64,000 nucleotides of DNA from Escherichia coli (lineage in GTDB: Bacteria > Pseudomonadota > Gammaproteobacteria > Enterobacterales > Enterobacteriaceae): NCBI RefSeq assembly GCF_016026235.1, contig NZ_CP065613.1; one strand, written 5' to 3'. The notes beneath the pieces are model-generated. The model was not told where the DNA came from. It ran no database searches and saw only the letters and a program-made list of their open reading frames with translations. Shown in pieces: positions 11,152 to 21,276 of the stretch. The first letter of the stretch is position 1; every line of letters starts with the position of its first letter. The position numbers and the translations under genes were made by a program.

Positions 11152-11673
11152 TTAGTTGCTTTCCAGCATGTGAATAATCTGGTTAGCGACCACTTTAGCG
11201 CTTTGATCATCAGTACGAATGGTCACGTCGGCAATCTCTTCATACAGCGGATTGCGTTCATTGGCCAACGCTTCCAGAACTTCACGTGGCGGTGTTTCAA
11301 CGTGCAGCAACGGGCGTTTTTTATCACGCTGCGTGCGTGCAAGTTGCTTTTCGATGGTCGTTTCAAGATAAACGACAACGCCACGAGCGGAAAGACGGTT
11401 ACGCGTTTCACGGGATTTCACAGAGCCGCCGCCAGTAGCCAGCACAATACCCTGTTTCTCGGTCAACTCATTGATGACCTTTTCTTCGCGATCGCGGAAG
11501 CCTTCTTCGCCTTCTAAATCGAAAACCCAGCCCACATCAGCTCCGGTTCGTTTCTCAATCTCTTGATCGGAATCGTAAAATTCCATATTGAGTTGTTGAG
11601 CTAACTGGCGCCCAATAGTGCTTTTTCCGGCACCCATAGGCCCAACCAGAAAGATATTGCGTTTCTCTGCCAT
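11152..11673 (-). CDS. aroK: shikimate kinase I
   Basis: Track ORF 11152..11874 trimmed to ATG at 11671-11673 ([28 protein letters not shown]..., 173 aa) with a Walker A motif. Confidence 0.95.
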   Translation of the reverse strand: MAEKRNIFLVGPMGAGKSTIGRQLAQQLNMEFYDSDQEIEKRTGADVGWVFDLEGEEGFRDREEKVINELTEKQGIVLATGGGSVKSRETRNRLSARGVVVYLETTIEKQLARTQRDKKRPLLHVETPPREVLEALANERNPLYEEIADVTIRTDDQSAKVVANQIIHMLESN

Positions 11674-12073
11674 TTTTTCGGTACTACTAAGACTATTCGT
11701 TAATGATAAACCCGCTTCGCTCAGAGAGCGCCGCAGGACATGAACTGAAACCTCATAAGATATTGCGAGAGTCAGACTGAAAATTATCTCAATACTCCAG
11801 CGGGTTTGGCAACTGAATAAATCACCCATCCCTCTGCATATCTGGTCGCTGCAAGCGCGCTGCCTTGCTACCACCGCTCTGGCGATAAATCACCGGGTAA
11901 GATTAGCGTAAAAAAGACAGCAAAATGCCGCCTGAATGATAAATCATCATCATGGAACGCAGGCAGCGAAGAGCACCAACTCTCAAATCGGTACTCCTTG
12001 TATGCTAAATACCTGCGCGCGTCAAATAGATGAAACACGTTCAGCGTAAAAACATTACCGCTTTTACGGCTGT

Positions 12074-13312
12074 TTACTCACTGGAAACCAGTCGTGGCGT
12101 GATAAACACCACTAACTCGCGTCGTTCATCTTCTTTTCCGTCATGACGAAATAATTGCCCGAACCAGGGAATGTCGCCAAGCAACGGCACGCTATCCTGA
12201 CCCGATTTATTTTTACGGGTAAAAATGCCGCCCAGCGCCAACGTTTCTCCGCTTTTGACCTCGACCTGCGTTTCGATCTCCTGCTTATCAATCGCCAGCA
12301 CTTCGCCATCGGCCTGCTGTAGCACCTGCCCCGGAACGTTCTGGCTGATGTGTAATTTCAGCCGGATGCGACCTTTTTGTAACACCGTGGGCGTGACCTC
12401 CATCCCCAGGACGGCCTCTTTAAATTCCACCGACGTCGCGCCACTTTCCCCGCTGGAAACCTGATATGGAATTTCGCTCCCCTGTTTAATGCTGGCAGGT
12501 TGAAGATGTGAGGCCAGCAGACGCGGACTGGCGATAATATCCAGCTGCTGTTTTTGTTCGAGCGCGGAAAGCTCAAGATCCAGCAAACGTCCGTTGATGC
12601 GCCCAATGTTAAAACCGACATGCGTTGTCGCCGTCGCTACGGAGAGGTCGCTACCAAGCGTGGTGACTTGCCCAACGCCACCAGCGTGTTGCGCATCGGC
12701 CAGCGTCCATTTCACGCCTAACTCACGCAAACTTTTTTCATTAATGGTGACAATATGCGCCGACAGCTCAACCTGCCCGACCGGCAGATCCATTTGCGCT
12801 ACCCATTGTTCAAGCGCGCTTAACGCCGTTTTGTTATCTCGCAGCAAAAGGCGATTGGTGCGTTTATCGACGGTCATACTCCCTTTGGCACTCAGTAGCT
12901 TCTCCCCCGCTTTCGCCAGCTCTCCGGCGTCGGCGTATTGCAGAGTAATATTGCGATTTTCCAGCGGCAGATTTGCCTGCGCCCGCGCCTGCTCCGCCTC
13001 CTGACGGGCGATATTGTCATTCTGCCAGGCAACGGAATGCACTGAGAGAATGTTGCCCTCCTGGCGCGTTATCAGTCCGGCGCTTTTCACTACAGTTTGT
13101 AATGCCTGCTTCCAGGGAACATCTGTTAGATGTAACGACACCGTACCGCTGACGTCTGGCGACACCACCAGGTTCAACTTCTCCTGTTCAGCCAGCGCCT
13201 GCAACACCTGAGCTACCGGAACGTCATCCACCATCAGCGTCACTTTTTGCGGCTTTGCCGCCTGTACGCCGGGTATCAGCATCAACAGTAGTGCGGCTAT
13301 CCATTGCTTCAT
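12074..13312 (-). CDS. hofQ: outer-membrane secretin of the cryptic DNA-uptake (type IV pilus-like) system
   Basis: 412-aa ORF MKQWIAALLLMLIPGVQAAKPQ... with a signal peptide and secretin-like C-terminal region. Confidence 0.9.
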   Translation of the reverse strand: MKQWIAALLLMLIPGVQAAKPQKVTLMVDDVPVAQVLQALAEQEKLNLVVSPDVSGTVSLHLTDVPWKQALQTVVKSAGLITRQEGNILSVHSVAWQNDNIARQEAEQARAQANLPLENRNITLQYADAGELAKAGEKLLSAKGSMTVDKRTNRLLLRDNKTALSALEQWVAQMDLPVGQVELSAHIVTINEKSLRELGVKWTLADAQHAGGVGQVTTLGSDLSVATATTHVGFNIGRINGRLLDLELSALEQKQQLDIIASPRLLASHLQPASIKQGSEIPYQVSSGESGATSVEFKEAVLGMEVTPTVLQKGRIRLKLHISQNVPGQVLQQADGEVLAIDKQEIETQVEVKSGETLALGGIFTRKNKSGQDSVPLLGDIPWFGQLFRHDGKEDERRELVVFITPRLVSSE

Positions 13313-13628
13313 TTGTATCTCCTTGCCGTTGCCACAACCATTGTGGCGGTTCGCAGTTTGTCCCGGTACCCAGCGTTAGTACGTCTGGCGTCAGCTGTAA
13401 AATTGTCCAGCCGTTTTCCAGCACATCGTTTTGCTGCACCCGTCGCCATTTCTTTTGCCCGTCTTTTATTACACCGATGATGCGCTCGCCTCGCCCTACC
13501 ATCCCCTGATAGCGCCACTGGCTAAGTTCGCTAATCCGGCATAGATCTTCCGGCGGTTTAAAAGGGTCACGCATACCGGTTAAAAGGCACAATGCAATAC
13601 CTGCCAACAACCAGCGTTTAACCCTCAT
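13224..13628 (-). CDS. hofP: DNA-utilisation protein HofP (PilP-like)
   Basis: Track ORF trimmed to ATG at 13626-13628 (MRVKRWLLAGIALCLLTG..., 134 aa); its 3' end overlaps the hofQ start. Confidence 0.8.
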   Translation of the reverse strand: MRVKRWLLAGIALCLLTGMRDPFKPPEDLCRISELSQWRYQGMVGRGERIIGVIKDGQKKWRRVQQNDVLENGWTILQLTPDVLTLGTGTNCEPPQWLWQRQGDTNEAMDSRTTVDADTRRTGGKAAKSDADGG

Positions 13629-14058
13629 GCGGCGTCTCCAGTTGTAGCGTGAACAAAAGATCATCACCTTCCACGCTTAATGAAAAACGGCTCACGCTGA
13701 CGTTGCGCTCTGCCAGCCGTGTAAATGCCGACGGCACTGCTTCCCACAGCGTTTTCAACGCCAACTCGCCTCCCTGCGCGGATGGATGCCAGAAAACCAG
13801 TTGTGCGCCGGGCAACTGAAAATCCAGTGGCGAAAAGGGCAGCGTTTTTTCTTCGCTGAAGGGAGTGGTGTCTACCAGGCGATACAGTGCGGCCCACTGC
13901 TGGTGATGACTTGCCCGTAGTCGAATTAATGCGTCGCTCTCTTCATGGTGTGTCGATGACAGAAAAATGAGCGTAACTAACATCAGCAACCAGACTGCCC
14001 AGCAAAACTGGCGGAGGCGGGGTGATGTGGCGAACCACCAGTCAAAGAACATGTTCAT
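13618..14058 (-). CDS. hofO: DNA-utilisation protein HofO (PilO-like)
   Basis: 146-aa ORF MNMFFDWWFATSPRLRQFCWAVWLLMLVT...; operon position. Confidence 0.85.
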   Translation of the reverse strand: MNMFFDWWFATSPRLRQFCWAVWLLMLVTLIFLSSTHHEESDALIRLRASHHQQWAALYRLVDTTPFSEEKTLPFSPLDFQLPGAQLVFWHPSAQGGELALKTLWEAVPSAFTRLAERNVSVSRFSLSVEGDDLLFTLQLETPHEG

Positions 14059-14581
14059 CGCTAACCTTCCTTGTTAACTGATACTCAAATTGCCAGCGTC
14101 CCTGCGCATCCTGCTGCGTGGCTCCCCGCTGATTGAGATGAAAAGACGCATCCTGGCGGAGTGACGTTTCTAGTGCGTTTAACGCGGTAATGCTTGTTGT
14201 CAGCCCCTTGATCTCCAGCGTTCCCTGCTGCCAGCTTATCGTTGTCAGCCAGGCGTGCTCGGGTAAAAGCGCCGCCAGTGCTTCCAGCGCAGATTGCCAG
14301 TCGCGGGTAAATTGTCGCTGGCGCTGCCTTTGCAAACGCTGCTCACGAATTTGTTGGCGCTCCAGCAAACGTGGTTTCGTTATCTGTAAGCTGCGGGCGA
14401 GTTGTTGTTCCGCCTGAAGCAAAACGGCGTCTATGCGCGCTTCGGCGCTGCCTGTCAGACGCAGTATTAGCGTTATCCCGACGGCCAGCAGCAGAGGCGC
14501 AACGAACATCAGCAACCAGAAACGAAGAAAAGCGGTCCGGCGTTGCTGTCGCCAGGGCAAAAAATTAATTGGCGGGTTCAT
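14042..14581 (-). CDS. hofN: DNA-utilisation protein HofN (PilN-like)
   Basis: 179-aa ORF MNPPINFLPWRQQRRTAFLRFWLLMFVAPLLLAV...; operon position. Confidence 0.85.
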   Translation of the reverse strand: MNPPINFLPWRQQRRTAFLRFWLLMFVAPLLLAVGITLILRLTGSAEARIDAVLLQAEQQLARSLQITKPRLLERQQIREQRLQRQRQRQFTRDWQSALEALAALLPEHAWLTTISWQQGTLEIKGLTTSITALNALETSLRQDASFHLNQRGATQQDAQGRWQFEYQLTRKVSDEHVL

Positions 14582-15360
14582 CAGTACGCCTTCCCAAGCG
14601 CCAGCCCCAGCGCGATGGCAAAGTCTCCACCAGGCGGCGGTAGCGGCGGCTGACGAACAGAAACGGCCTCCCAGGGATCAAATCCCCCTTCGCCACATAT
14701 CGCGACGCTTTCGGGATCAACGGATAACGCTGCCGCCAGCTCCTTCGCGCTAGTCATCCCCACCGCCAGTTTGCGCCCCCAGCGATAGCGTGTCGCCCAC
14801 AGCCACTGTTCGTTATCACGCCAGGCCAGACATTGCTGATGAGAAGGTAAAAAAGGCAGGAATCGCTGTAATGCACTGGCATCCGGGGTGATCGCACTAA
14901 CATGAACACGCAACCTTTCTGCCAGAGTAAGCAGCGTTGCCAGCTCTTTGCTTTGCGCGGCAGTCACGTTATAGGCGGGACTGAGTGAGTCTTCGCTGTA
15001 ATCGAAGCGCAGGGAGTCCGGATCCATATCCAGCTCGCGGGCCATCGTCCCGGAAAGCCAGGCCGTTTGCTCCCGCTCACCGAGGGACATCGACGGGCGC
15101 GGAAATGACCGCTGTAATGTGCGACTGGCGGGAAACGCCAACATAATGTGATGACGCTGCGGCAGTTCGCGACTCCACGGTAACAACGTTTTAGCCAGCC
15201 GCTGCGCATCAACAATCCGCCCATCTTTGATAATGTCGTGCGCCAGCGGCAACCGCCACCAGCGTTGCAAAAAGCATTCTTTTGCGCCCCGCACAATAGC
15301 AACCGCTACCGCTTCTTGCTGTTGTAAATGCAAACCAATTTGCCAGATCTTAAATGCCAT
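14581..15360 (-). CDS. hofM: DNA-utilisation protein HofM (PilM-like)
   Basis: Track ORF 14581..15387 trimmed to ATG at 15358-15360 (MAFKIWQIGLHLQQQEAVAVAIV..., 259 aa). Confidence 0.85.
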   Translation of the reverse strand: MAFKIWQIGLHLQQQEAVAVAIVRGAKECFLQRWWRLPLAHDIIKDGRIVDAQRLAKTLLPWSRELPQRHHIMLAFPASRTLQRSFPRPSMSLGEREQTAWLSGTMARELDMDPDSLRFDYSEDSLSPAYNVTAAQSKELATLLTLAERLRVHVSAITPDASALQRFLPFLPSHQQCLAWRDNEQWLWATRYRWGRKLAVGMTSAKELAAALSVDPESVAICGEGGFDPWEAVSVRQPPLPPPGGDFAIALGLALGKAY

Positions 15361-15455
15361 TGTGATGATCTCCTTATCACCCGTCACTCTGACGGGTATA
15401 TCAATGCGTCTGGCTTGCCTTTATACTACCGCGCGTTTGTTTATAAACTGCCCAA

Positions 15456-18032
15456 ATGAAACTAAATGGGAAATTTCCAGTGAAGTTCGTAAAGTATTTT
15501 TTGATCCTTGCAGTCTGTTGCATTCTGCTGGGAGCAGGCTCGATTTATGGCCTATACCGCTACATCGAGCCACAACTGCCGGATGTGGCGACATTAAAAG
15601 ATGTTCGCCTGCAAATTCCGATGCAGATTTACAGCGCCGATGGCGAGCTGATTGCTCAATACGGTGAGAAACGTCGTATTCCGGTTACGTTGGATCAAAT
15701 CCCACCGGAGATGGTGAAAGCCTTTATCGCGACGGAAGACAGCCGCTTCTACGAGCATCACGGCGTTGACCCGGTGGGGATCTTCCGTGCGGCAAGTGTG
15801 GCGCTGTTCTCCGGCCACGCGTCACAAGGGGCGAGTACCATTACCCAGCAGCTGGCGAGAAATTTCTTCCTCAGTCCAGAACGCACGCTGATGCGTAAGA
15901 TTAAGGAAGTCTTCCTCGCGATTCGCATTGAACAGTTGCTGACGAAAGACGAGATCCTCGAGCTTTATCTGAACAAGATTTACCTCGGTTACCGCGCCTA
16001 TGGTGTCGGTGCTGCGGCACAAGTCTATTTCGGTAAAACGGTCGACCAACTGACGCTGAACGAAATGGCTGTGATCGCCGGGCTGCCGAAAGCGCCTTCC
16101 ACCTTTAATCCGCTCTACTCAATGGATCGTGCCGTCGCGCGGCGTAACGTCGTACTGTCGCGGATGCTGGATGAAGGGTATATCACCCAACAACAGTTCG
16201 ATCAGACACGCACTGAGGCGATTAACGCTAACTATCACGCGCCGGAGATTGCTTTCTCTGCGCCGTACCTGAGCGAAATGGTGCGCCAGGAGATGTATAA
16301 CCGTTATGGCGAAAGTGCCTATGAAGACGGTTATCGCATTTACACCACCATCACCCGCAAAGTGCAGCAGGCCGCACAGCAGGCGGTACGTAATAACGTG
16401 CTGGACTACGACATGCGCCACGGCTATCGCGGCCCGGCAAATGTGCTGTGGAAAGTGGGCGAGTCGGCGTGGGATAACAACAAGATTACCGATACGCTGA
16501 AGGCGCTGCCGACCTATGGTCCGCTGCTGCCTGCCGCAGTCACCAGCGCCAATCCTCAGGAAGCGACGGCAATGCTGGCGGACGGGTCGACCGTCGCATT
16601 GAGTATGGAAGGCGTTCGCTGGGCGCGTCCTTACCGTTCGGATACTCAGCAGGGACCGACGCCGCGTAAAGTGACCGATGTTCTGCAAACGGGTCAGCAA
16701 ATCTGGGTTCGTCAGGTTGGCGATGCATGGTGGCTGGCACAAGTGCCGGAAGTGAACTCGGCACTGGTGTCGATCAATCCGCAAAACGGTGCCGTTATGG
16801 CGCTGATCGGTGGCTTTGATTTCAATCAGAGCAAGTTTAACCGCGCCACCCAGGCACTGCGTCAGGTGGGTTCCAACATCAAACCGTTCCTCTACACCGC
16901 GGCGATGGATAAAGGTCTGACGCTGGCAAGTATGTTGAACGATGTGCCAATTTCTCGCTGGGATGCAGGTGCCGGTTCTGACTGGCAGCCGAAGAACTCA
17001 CCACCACAGTATGCTGGTCCAATTCGCTTACGTCAGGGGCTGGGTCAGTCGAAAAACGTGGTGATGGTACGCGCAATGCGGGCGATGGGCGTCGACTACG
17101 CTGCAGAATATCTGCAACGCTTCGGCTTCCCGGCGCAAAACATTGTCCACACCGAATCGCTGGCGCTGGGTTCAGCGTCCTTCACCCCAATGCAGGTGGC
17201 GCGCGGCTACGCGGTCATGGCGAACGGTGGCTTCCTGGTGGACCCGTGGTTTATCAGCAAAATTGAAAACGATCAGGGCGGCGTGATTTTCGAAGCGAAA
17301 CCGAAAGTAGCCTGCCCGGAATGCGATATTCCGGTGATTTACGGTGATACGCAGAAATCGAACGTGCTGGAAAATAACGATGTTGAAGATGTCGCTATCT
17401 CCCGCGAGCAGCAGAATGTTTCTGTACCAATGCCGCAGCTGGAGCAGGCAAATCAGGCGTTAGTGGCGAAGACTGGCGCGCAGGAGTACGCACCGCACGT
17501 CATCAACACTCCGCTGGCATTCCTGATTAAGAGTGCTTTGAACACCAATATCTTTGGTGAGCCAGGCTGGCAGGGTACTGGCTGGCGTGCAGGTCGTGAT
17601 TTGCAGCGTCGCGATATCGGCGGGAAAACCGGGACCACTAACAGTTCGAAAGATGCGTGGTTCTCGGGTTACGGTCCGGGCGTTGTGACCTCGGTCTGGA
17701 TTGGCTTTGATGATCACCGTCGTAATCTCGGTCATACAACGGCTTCCGGAGCGATTAAAGATCAGATATCAGGTTACGAAGGCGGTGCCAAGAGCGCCCA
17801 GCCTGCATGGGACGCTTATATGAAAGCCGTTCTTGAAGGTGTGCCGGAGCAGCCGCTGACGCCGCCGCCGGGTATTGTGACGGTGAAAATCGATCGCAGC
17901 ACCGGGCAGTTAGCTAATGGTGGCAACAGCCGCGAAGAGTATTTCATCGAAGGTACGCAGCCGACACAACAGGCGGTGCACGAGGTGGGAACGACCATTA
18001 TCGATAATGGCGAGGCACAGGAATTGTTCTGA
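15456..18032 (+). CDS. mrcA: penicillin-binding protein 1A (bifunctional glycosyltransferase/transpeptidase)
   Basis: 858-aa ORF with a membrane anchor, glycosyltransferase region (EDSRFYEHHGVD...) and transpeptidase region. The start may instead be the in-frame GTG at 15480, giving the 850-aa form I recall. Confidence 0.95.
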   Translation: MKLNGKFPVKFVKYFLILAVCCILLGAGSIYGLYRYIEPQLPDVATLKDVRLQIPMQIYSADGELIAQYGEKRRIPVTLDQIPPEMVKAFIATEDSRFYEHHGVDPVGIFRAASVALFSGHASQGASTITQQLARNFFLSPERTLMRKIKEVFLAIRIEQLLTKDEILELYLNKIYLGYRAYGVGAAAQVYFGKTVDQLTLNEMAVIAGLPKAPSTFNPLYSMDRAVARRNVVLSRMLDEGYITQQQFDQTRTEAINANYHAPEIAFSAPYLSEMVRQEMYNRYGESAYEDGYRIYTTITRKVQQAAQQAVRNNVLDYDMRHGYRGPANVLWKVGESAWDNNKITDTLKALPTYGPLLPAAVTSANPQEATAMLADGSTVALSMEGVRWARPYRSDTQQGPTPRKVTDVLQTGQQIWVRQVGDAWWLAQVPEVNSALVSINPQNGAVMALIGGFDFNQSKFNRATQALRQVGSNIKPFLYTAAMDKGLTLASMLNDVPISRWDAGAGSDWQPKNSPPQYAGPIRLRQGLGQSKNVVMVRAMRAMGVDYAAEYLQRFGFPAQNIVHTESLALGSASFTPMQVARGYAVMANGGFLVDPWFISKIENDQGGVIFEAKPKVACPECDIPVIYGDTQKSNVLENNDVEDVAISREQQNVSVPMPQLEQANQALVAKTGAQEYAPHVINTPLAFLIKSALNTNIFGEPGWQGTGWRAGRDLQRRDIGGKTGTTNSSKDAWFSGYGPGVVTSVWIGFDDHRRNLGHTTASGAIKDQISGYEGGAKSAQPAWDAYMKAVLEGVPEQPLTPPPGIVTVKIDRSTGQLANGGNSREEYFIEGTQPTQQAVHEVGTTIIDNGEAQELF

Positions 18033-18086
18033 TTAAAAAGGCGCTTCGGCGCCTTTTCAGTTTGCTGACAAAGTGCACTTGTTTAT

Positions 18087-18115
18087 GCCGGATACGGGTG
18101 AACGCGTTATCCGGC
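18087..18115. repeat. REP-like palindromic element
   Basis: GCCGGATACGGGTGAACGCGTTATCCGGC, an imperfect palindrome of the REP type, in the convergent mrcA/nudE intergenic. Confidence 0.6.
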
Positions 18116-18196
18116 TAACAAAATCGTGAAAACTCAATATATTGCAGGAACCCCATAAGCCTGATAAGCGTTGTGCATCAGGCAAACTTCACGCAT

Positions 18197-18757
18197 TTAC
18201 ACTCGCCCCTGCCCTTTCAACCATTCGCGCACGAGGAACAGCGCGCTGACATTACGCGCTTCGTTGAAGTCAGGGTCTTCCAGCAAATCCATCATATGCG
18301 CCAGCGGCCAGCGCACCTGTGGTAGCGGCTCTGGCTCATCGCCTTCCAGCGATTCCGGGTAGAGATCTTGCGCTACCACGATATTCATTTTGCTGGAAAA
18401 GTAAGACGGTGCCATGCTGAGCTTCTTCAAAAAAGTCAGATCGTTCGCACCAAATCCAACCTCTTCTTTTAGCTCGCGGTTAGCGGCTTCGTAGACGCTT
18501 TCACCCGGATCAATTAATCCTTTCGAAAAACCTAATTCGTAGGATTCAGTTCCCACTGCGTATTCGCGGATCAGGATCAGGTGATCGTCCACAATCGGCA
18601 CAATCATCACTGCTTCCCGGTTGGTTGGACGCATTCGTTCATAAACACGCCGCACGCCATTGCTGAACTCCAGATCCACGCTCTCGACGGTAAACAGTCG
18701 GGAACGGGCTACAGTTTCAACATTCAGAATGGTGGGTTTTTGTAATGATTTGCTCAT
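18197..18757 (-). CDS. nudE: ADP-compounds hydrolase (Nudix)
   Basis: 186-aa ORF MSKSLQKPTILNVETVARSRLF... with a Nudix box (GLIDPGESVYEAANRELKEEVG). Confidence 0.95.
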   Translation of the reverse strand: MSKSLQKPTILNVETVARSRLFTVESVDLEFSNGVRRVYERMRPTNREAVMIVPIVDDHLILIREYAVGTESYELGFSKGLIDPGESVYEAANRELKEEVGFGANDLTFLKKLSMAPSYFSSKMNIVVAQDLYPESLEGDEPEPLPQVRWPLAHMMDLLEDPDFNEARNVSALFLVREWLKGQGRV

Positions 18758-19076
18758 CGTGGGATCTATGCTGTGAAATCAGCGGTTATTGTGCGATATC
18801 GGACACGCTTTCGGCAATGTGAATTGCATGTTATTTACATTTATGTAACTTAATAAATAATCGTCCTCAAATCAAATTAAAAGTCAATAGGTTGAAATAA
18901 CTCCAGGAATTTGCTGATATTCCGCCTTCAGAGGGTTTGCTATGATCAGCGGTTACTGTGATGTGCTTAATGATGCTCAAGTTAAACTCCACGCTTGCCG
19001 ATAGCCAACCGCAGAATCATGTATTGTGTCCGGTGCGACTGACCACGCCTGACAGACTAAGTAAGATGGGGAAAGC

Positions 19077-21212
19077 ATGAGCACCATTGTGATTTTTTTA
19101 GCTGCTTTGCTGGCCTGCTCACTACTTGCGGGATGGCTGATAAAAGTGCGATCCAGACGGCGTCAGCTGCCCTGGACCAACGCCTTCGCGGATGCGCAAA
19201 CGCGTAAACTCACACCTGAAGAACGTAGCGCCGTTGAAAATTATCTTGAGAGCCTGACGCAGGTATTACAGGTGCCTGGCCCAACGGGAGCTAGCGCGGC
19301 ACCGATCTCTCTGGCGCTGAATGCCGAAAGCAACAACGTCATGATGCTGACACACGCTATCACGCGTTACGGCATCTCTACCGACGATCCGAATAAATGG
19401 CGTTACTACCTCGATTCGGTAGAAGTCCACCTGCCCCCTTTCTGGGAACAATACATCAACGATGAGAATACCGTTGAACTGATTTATACCGATTCGCTGC
19501 CGCTGGTTATTTCACTCAACGGTCATACGCTGCAGGAGTACATGCAGGAAACGCGCGGCTATGCCTTGCAACCTGTTCCGTCCACGCAGGCGTCGATTCG
19601 CGGGGAAGAGAGTGAGCAAATCGAGCTACTCAATATTCGCAAAGAAACGCATGAAGAATATGCGCTGAGTCGTCCGCGCGGGCTGCGTGAAGCGTTGCTG
19701 ATCGTCGCCTCCTTCCTGATGTTCTTTTTCTGCCTGATTACCCCGGATGTATTTGTTCCGTGGCTGGCAGGCGGCGCATTACTGCTGCTGGGCGCAGGTC
19801 TGTGGGGGCTATTCGCGCCCCCGGCAAAATCCTCCCTGCGAGAAATTCATTGTCTGCGCGGTACACCCCGTCGTTGGGGATTGTTTGGCGAAAACGATCA
19901 GGAACAGATCAACAATATTTCACTCGGTATTATCGACCTGGTCTATCCCGCACACTGGCAGCCATACATTGCTCAGGATCTCGGTCAACAAACCGATATT
20001 GATATCTATCTCGACCGCCACGTAGTGCGTCAGGGGCGATATCTTTCGCTGCATGATGAAGTAAAAAACTTTCCGTTACAGCACTGGCTGCGCAGTACGA
20101 TTATCGCTGCGGGCTCGCTGCTGGTGCTGTTTATGCTGTTATTCTGGATCCCGCTGGATATGCCGCTGAAATTCACTCTCTCATGGATGAAAGGCGCGCA
20201 GACCATTGAAGCCACCAGCGTAAAACAACTGGCTGACGCTGGCGTGCGGGTAGGCGATACATTGCGTATTAGCGGTACGGGAATGTGTAATATTCGCACT
20301 TCCGGAACCTGGAGCGCGAAAACCAATTCACCTTTTTTACCGTTTGACTGCTCGCAGATCATCTGGAATGACGCCCGCTCATTACCATTACCAGAATCTG
20401 AACTGGTCAACAAAGCGACGGCATTGACTGAAGCAGTTAATCGCCAGCTGCACCCTAAACCGGAAGATGAATCTCGCGTCAGTGCCTCATTACGTTCAGC
20501 GATTCAAAAATCCGGCATGGTATTGCTTGATGATTTTGGCGACATTGTACTGAAGACAGCGGATTTATGTTCTGCCAAAGATGACTGTGTGCGACTGAAA
20601 AATGCGCTGGTCAATCTCGGCAACAGTAAAGACTGGGACGCGCTGGTAAAACGCGCCAACGCCGGGAAGCTCGATGGCGTGAATGTGTTATTACGCCCGG
20701 TGAGTGCGGAATCGCTGGATAACCTGGTGGCAACCTCCACCGCGCCGTTTATCACGCATGAAACGGCGCGAGCGGCACAATCACTAAACAGTCCGGCCCC
20801 CGGCGGATTCCTGATTGTCAGCGACGAAGGCAGCGATTTTGTTGATCAGCCCTGGCCTTCGGCATCACTTTACGACTACCCGCCGCAAGAACAGTGGAAC
20901 GCTTTCCAGAAACTGGCACAAATGCTGATACATACGCCGTTTAACGCCGAGGGTATCGTCACAAAAATCTTCACTGACGCCAATGGTACGCAGCATATTG
21001 GCCTTCATCCAATCCCGGATCGTTCCGGCCTGTGGCGCTATCTCAGCACCACATTGCTGCTACTGACGATGCTGGGTAGCGCCATTTACAATGGCGTACA
21101 GGCCTGGCGTCGTTACCAGCGTCATCGCACTCGCATGATGAAGATTCAGGCCTATTATGAAAGCTGCCTGAACCCGCAACTGATCACCCCTTCAGAAAGC
21201 CTTATCGAATAA
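19077..21212 (+). CDS. igaA: inner-membrane attenuator of the Rcs phosphorelay (IgaA/YrfF)
   Basis: 711-aa ORF MSTIVIFLAALLACSLLAGWLIKVRSRRRQLPW...; length and sequence match IgaA. Confidence 0.93.
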   Translation: MSTIVIFLAALLACSLLAGWLIKVRSRRRQLPWTNAFADAQTRKLTPEERSAVENYLESLTQVLQVPGPTGASAAPISLALNAESNNVMMLTHAITRYGISTDDPNKWRYYLDSVEVHLPPFWEQYINDENTVELIYTDSLPLVISLNGHTLQEYMQETRGYALQPVPSTQASIRGEESEQIELLNIRKETHEEYALSRPRGLREALLIVASFLMFFFCLITPDVFVPWLAGGALLLLGAGLWGLFAPPAKSSLREIHCLRGTPRRWGLFGENDQEQINNISLGIIDLVYPAHWQPYIAQDLGQQTDIDIYLDRHVVRQGRYLSLHDEVKNFPLQHWLRSTIIAAGSLLVLFMLLFWIPLDMPLKFTLSWMKGAQTIEATSVKQLADAGVRVGDTLRISGTGMCNIRTSGTWSAKTNSPFLPFDCSQIIWNDARSLPLPESELVNKATALTEAVNRQLHPKPEDESRVSASLRSAIQKSGMVLLDDFGDIVLKTADLCSAKDDCVRLKNALVNLGNSKDWDALVKRANAGKLDGVNVLLRPVSAESLDNLVATSTAPFITHETARAAQSLNSPAPGGFLIVSDEGSDFVDQPWPSASLYDYPPQEQWNAFQKLAQMLIHTPFNAEGIVTKIFTDANGTQHIGLHPIPDRSGLWRYLSTTLLLLTMLGSAIYNGVQAWRRYQRHRTRMMKIQAYYESCLNPQLITPSESLIE

Positions 21213-21276
21213 CACGTTTGCGCGGCAGGTTATGCTACCCTGTCGCGCAAATTGCTTCACTCTGGAGATTTCCCTC

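Noticed and set aside
11152-11874. Track ORFs with long N-terminal extensions (aroK 240 aa, pckA 563 aa, hofM 268 aa, hofP 147 aa, yrfG 237 aa, greB 170 aa, rtcB 422 aa, ompR 244 aa, yhfY 134 aa)
   Set aside because: The ORF caller starts at the first possible start codon, sometimes TTG or GTG. Internal ATGs with Shine-Dalgarno sequences, and starts consistent with promoters or neighbouring genes, give the shorter products listed in the features.
16119-16784. 221-aa minus-strand ORF
   Set aside because: Antisense inside mrcA. Other long antisense ORFs were rejected for the same reason: 5300..5977 in trpS, 8875..9546 in damX, 25693..26310 in pckA, 27394..28044 in envZ, 34016..34759 in feoB, 39329..39970 and 40070..40564 in gntT, 42814..43656 and 44032..44694 in malP, 62449..62898 and 63007..63372 in glgP.
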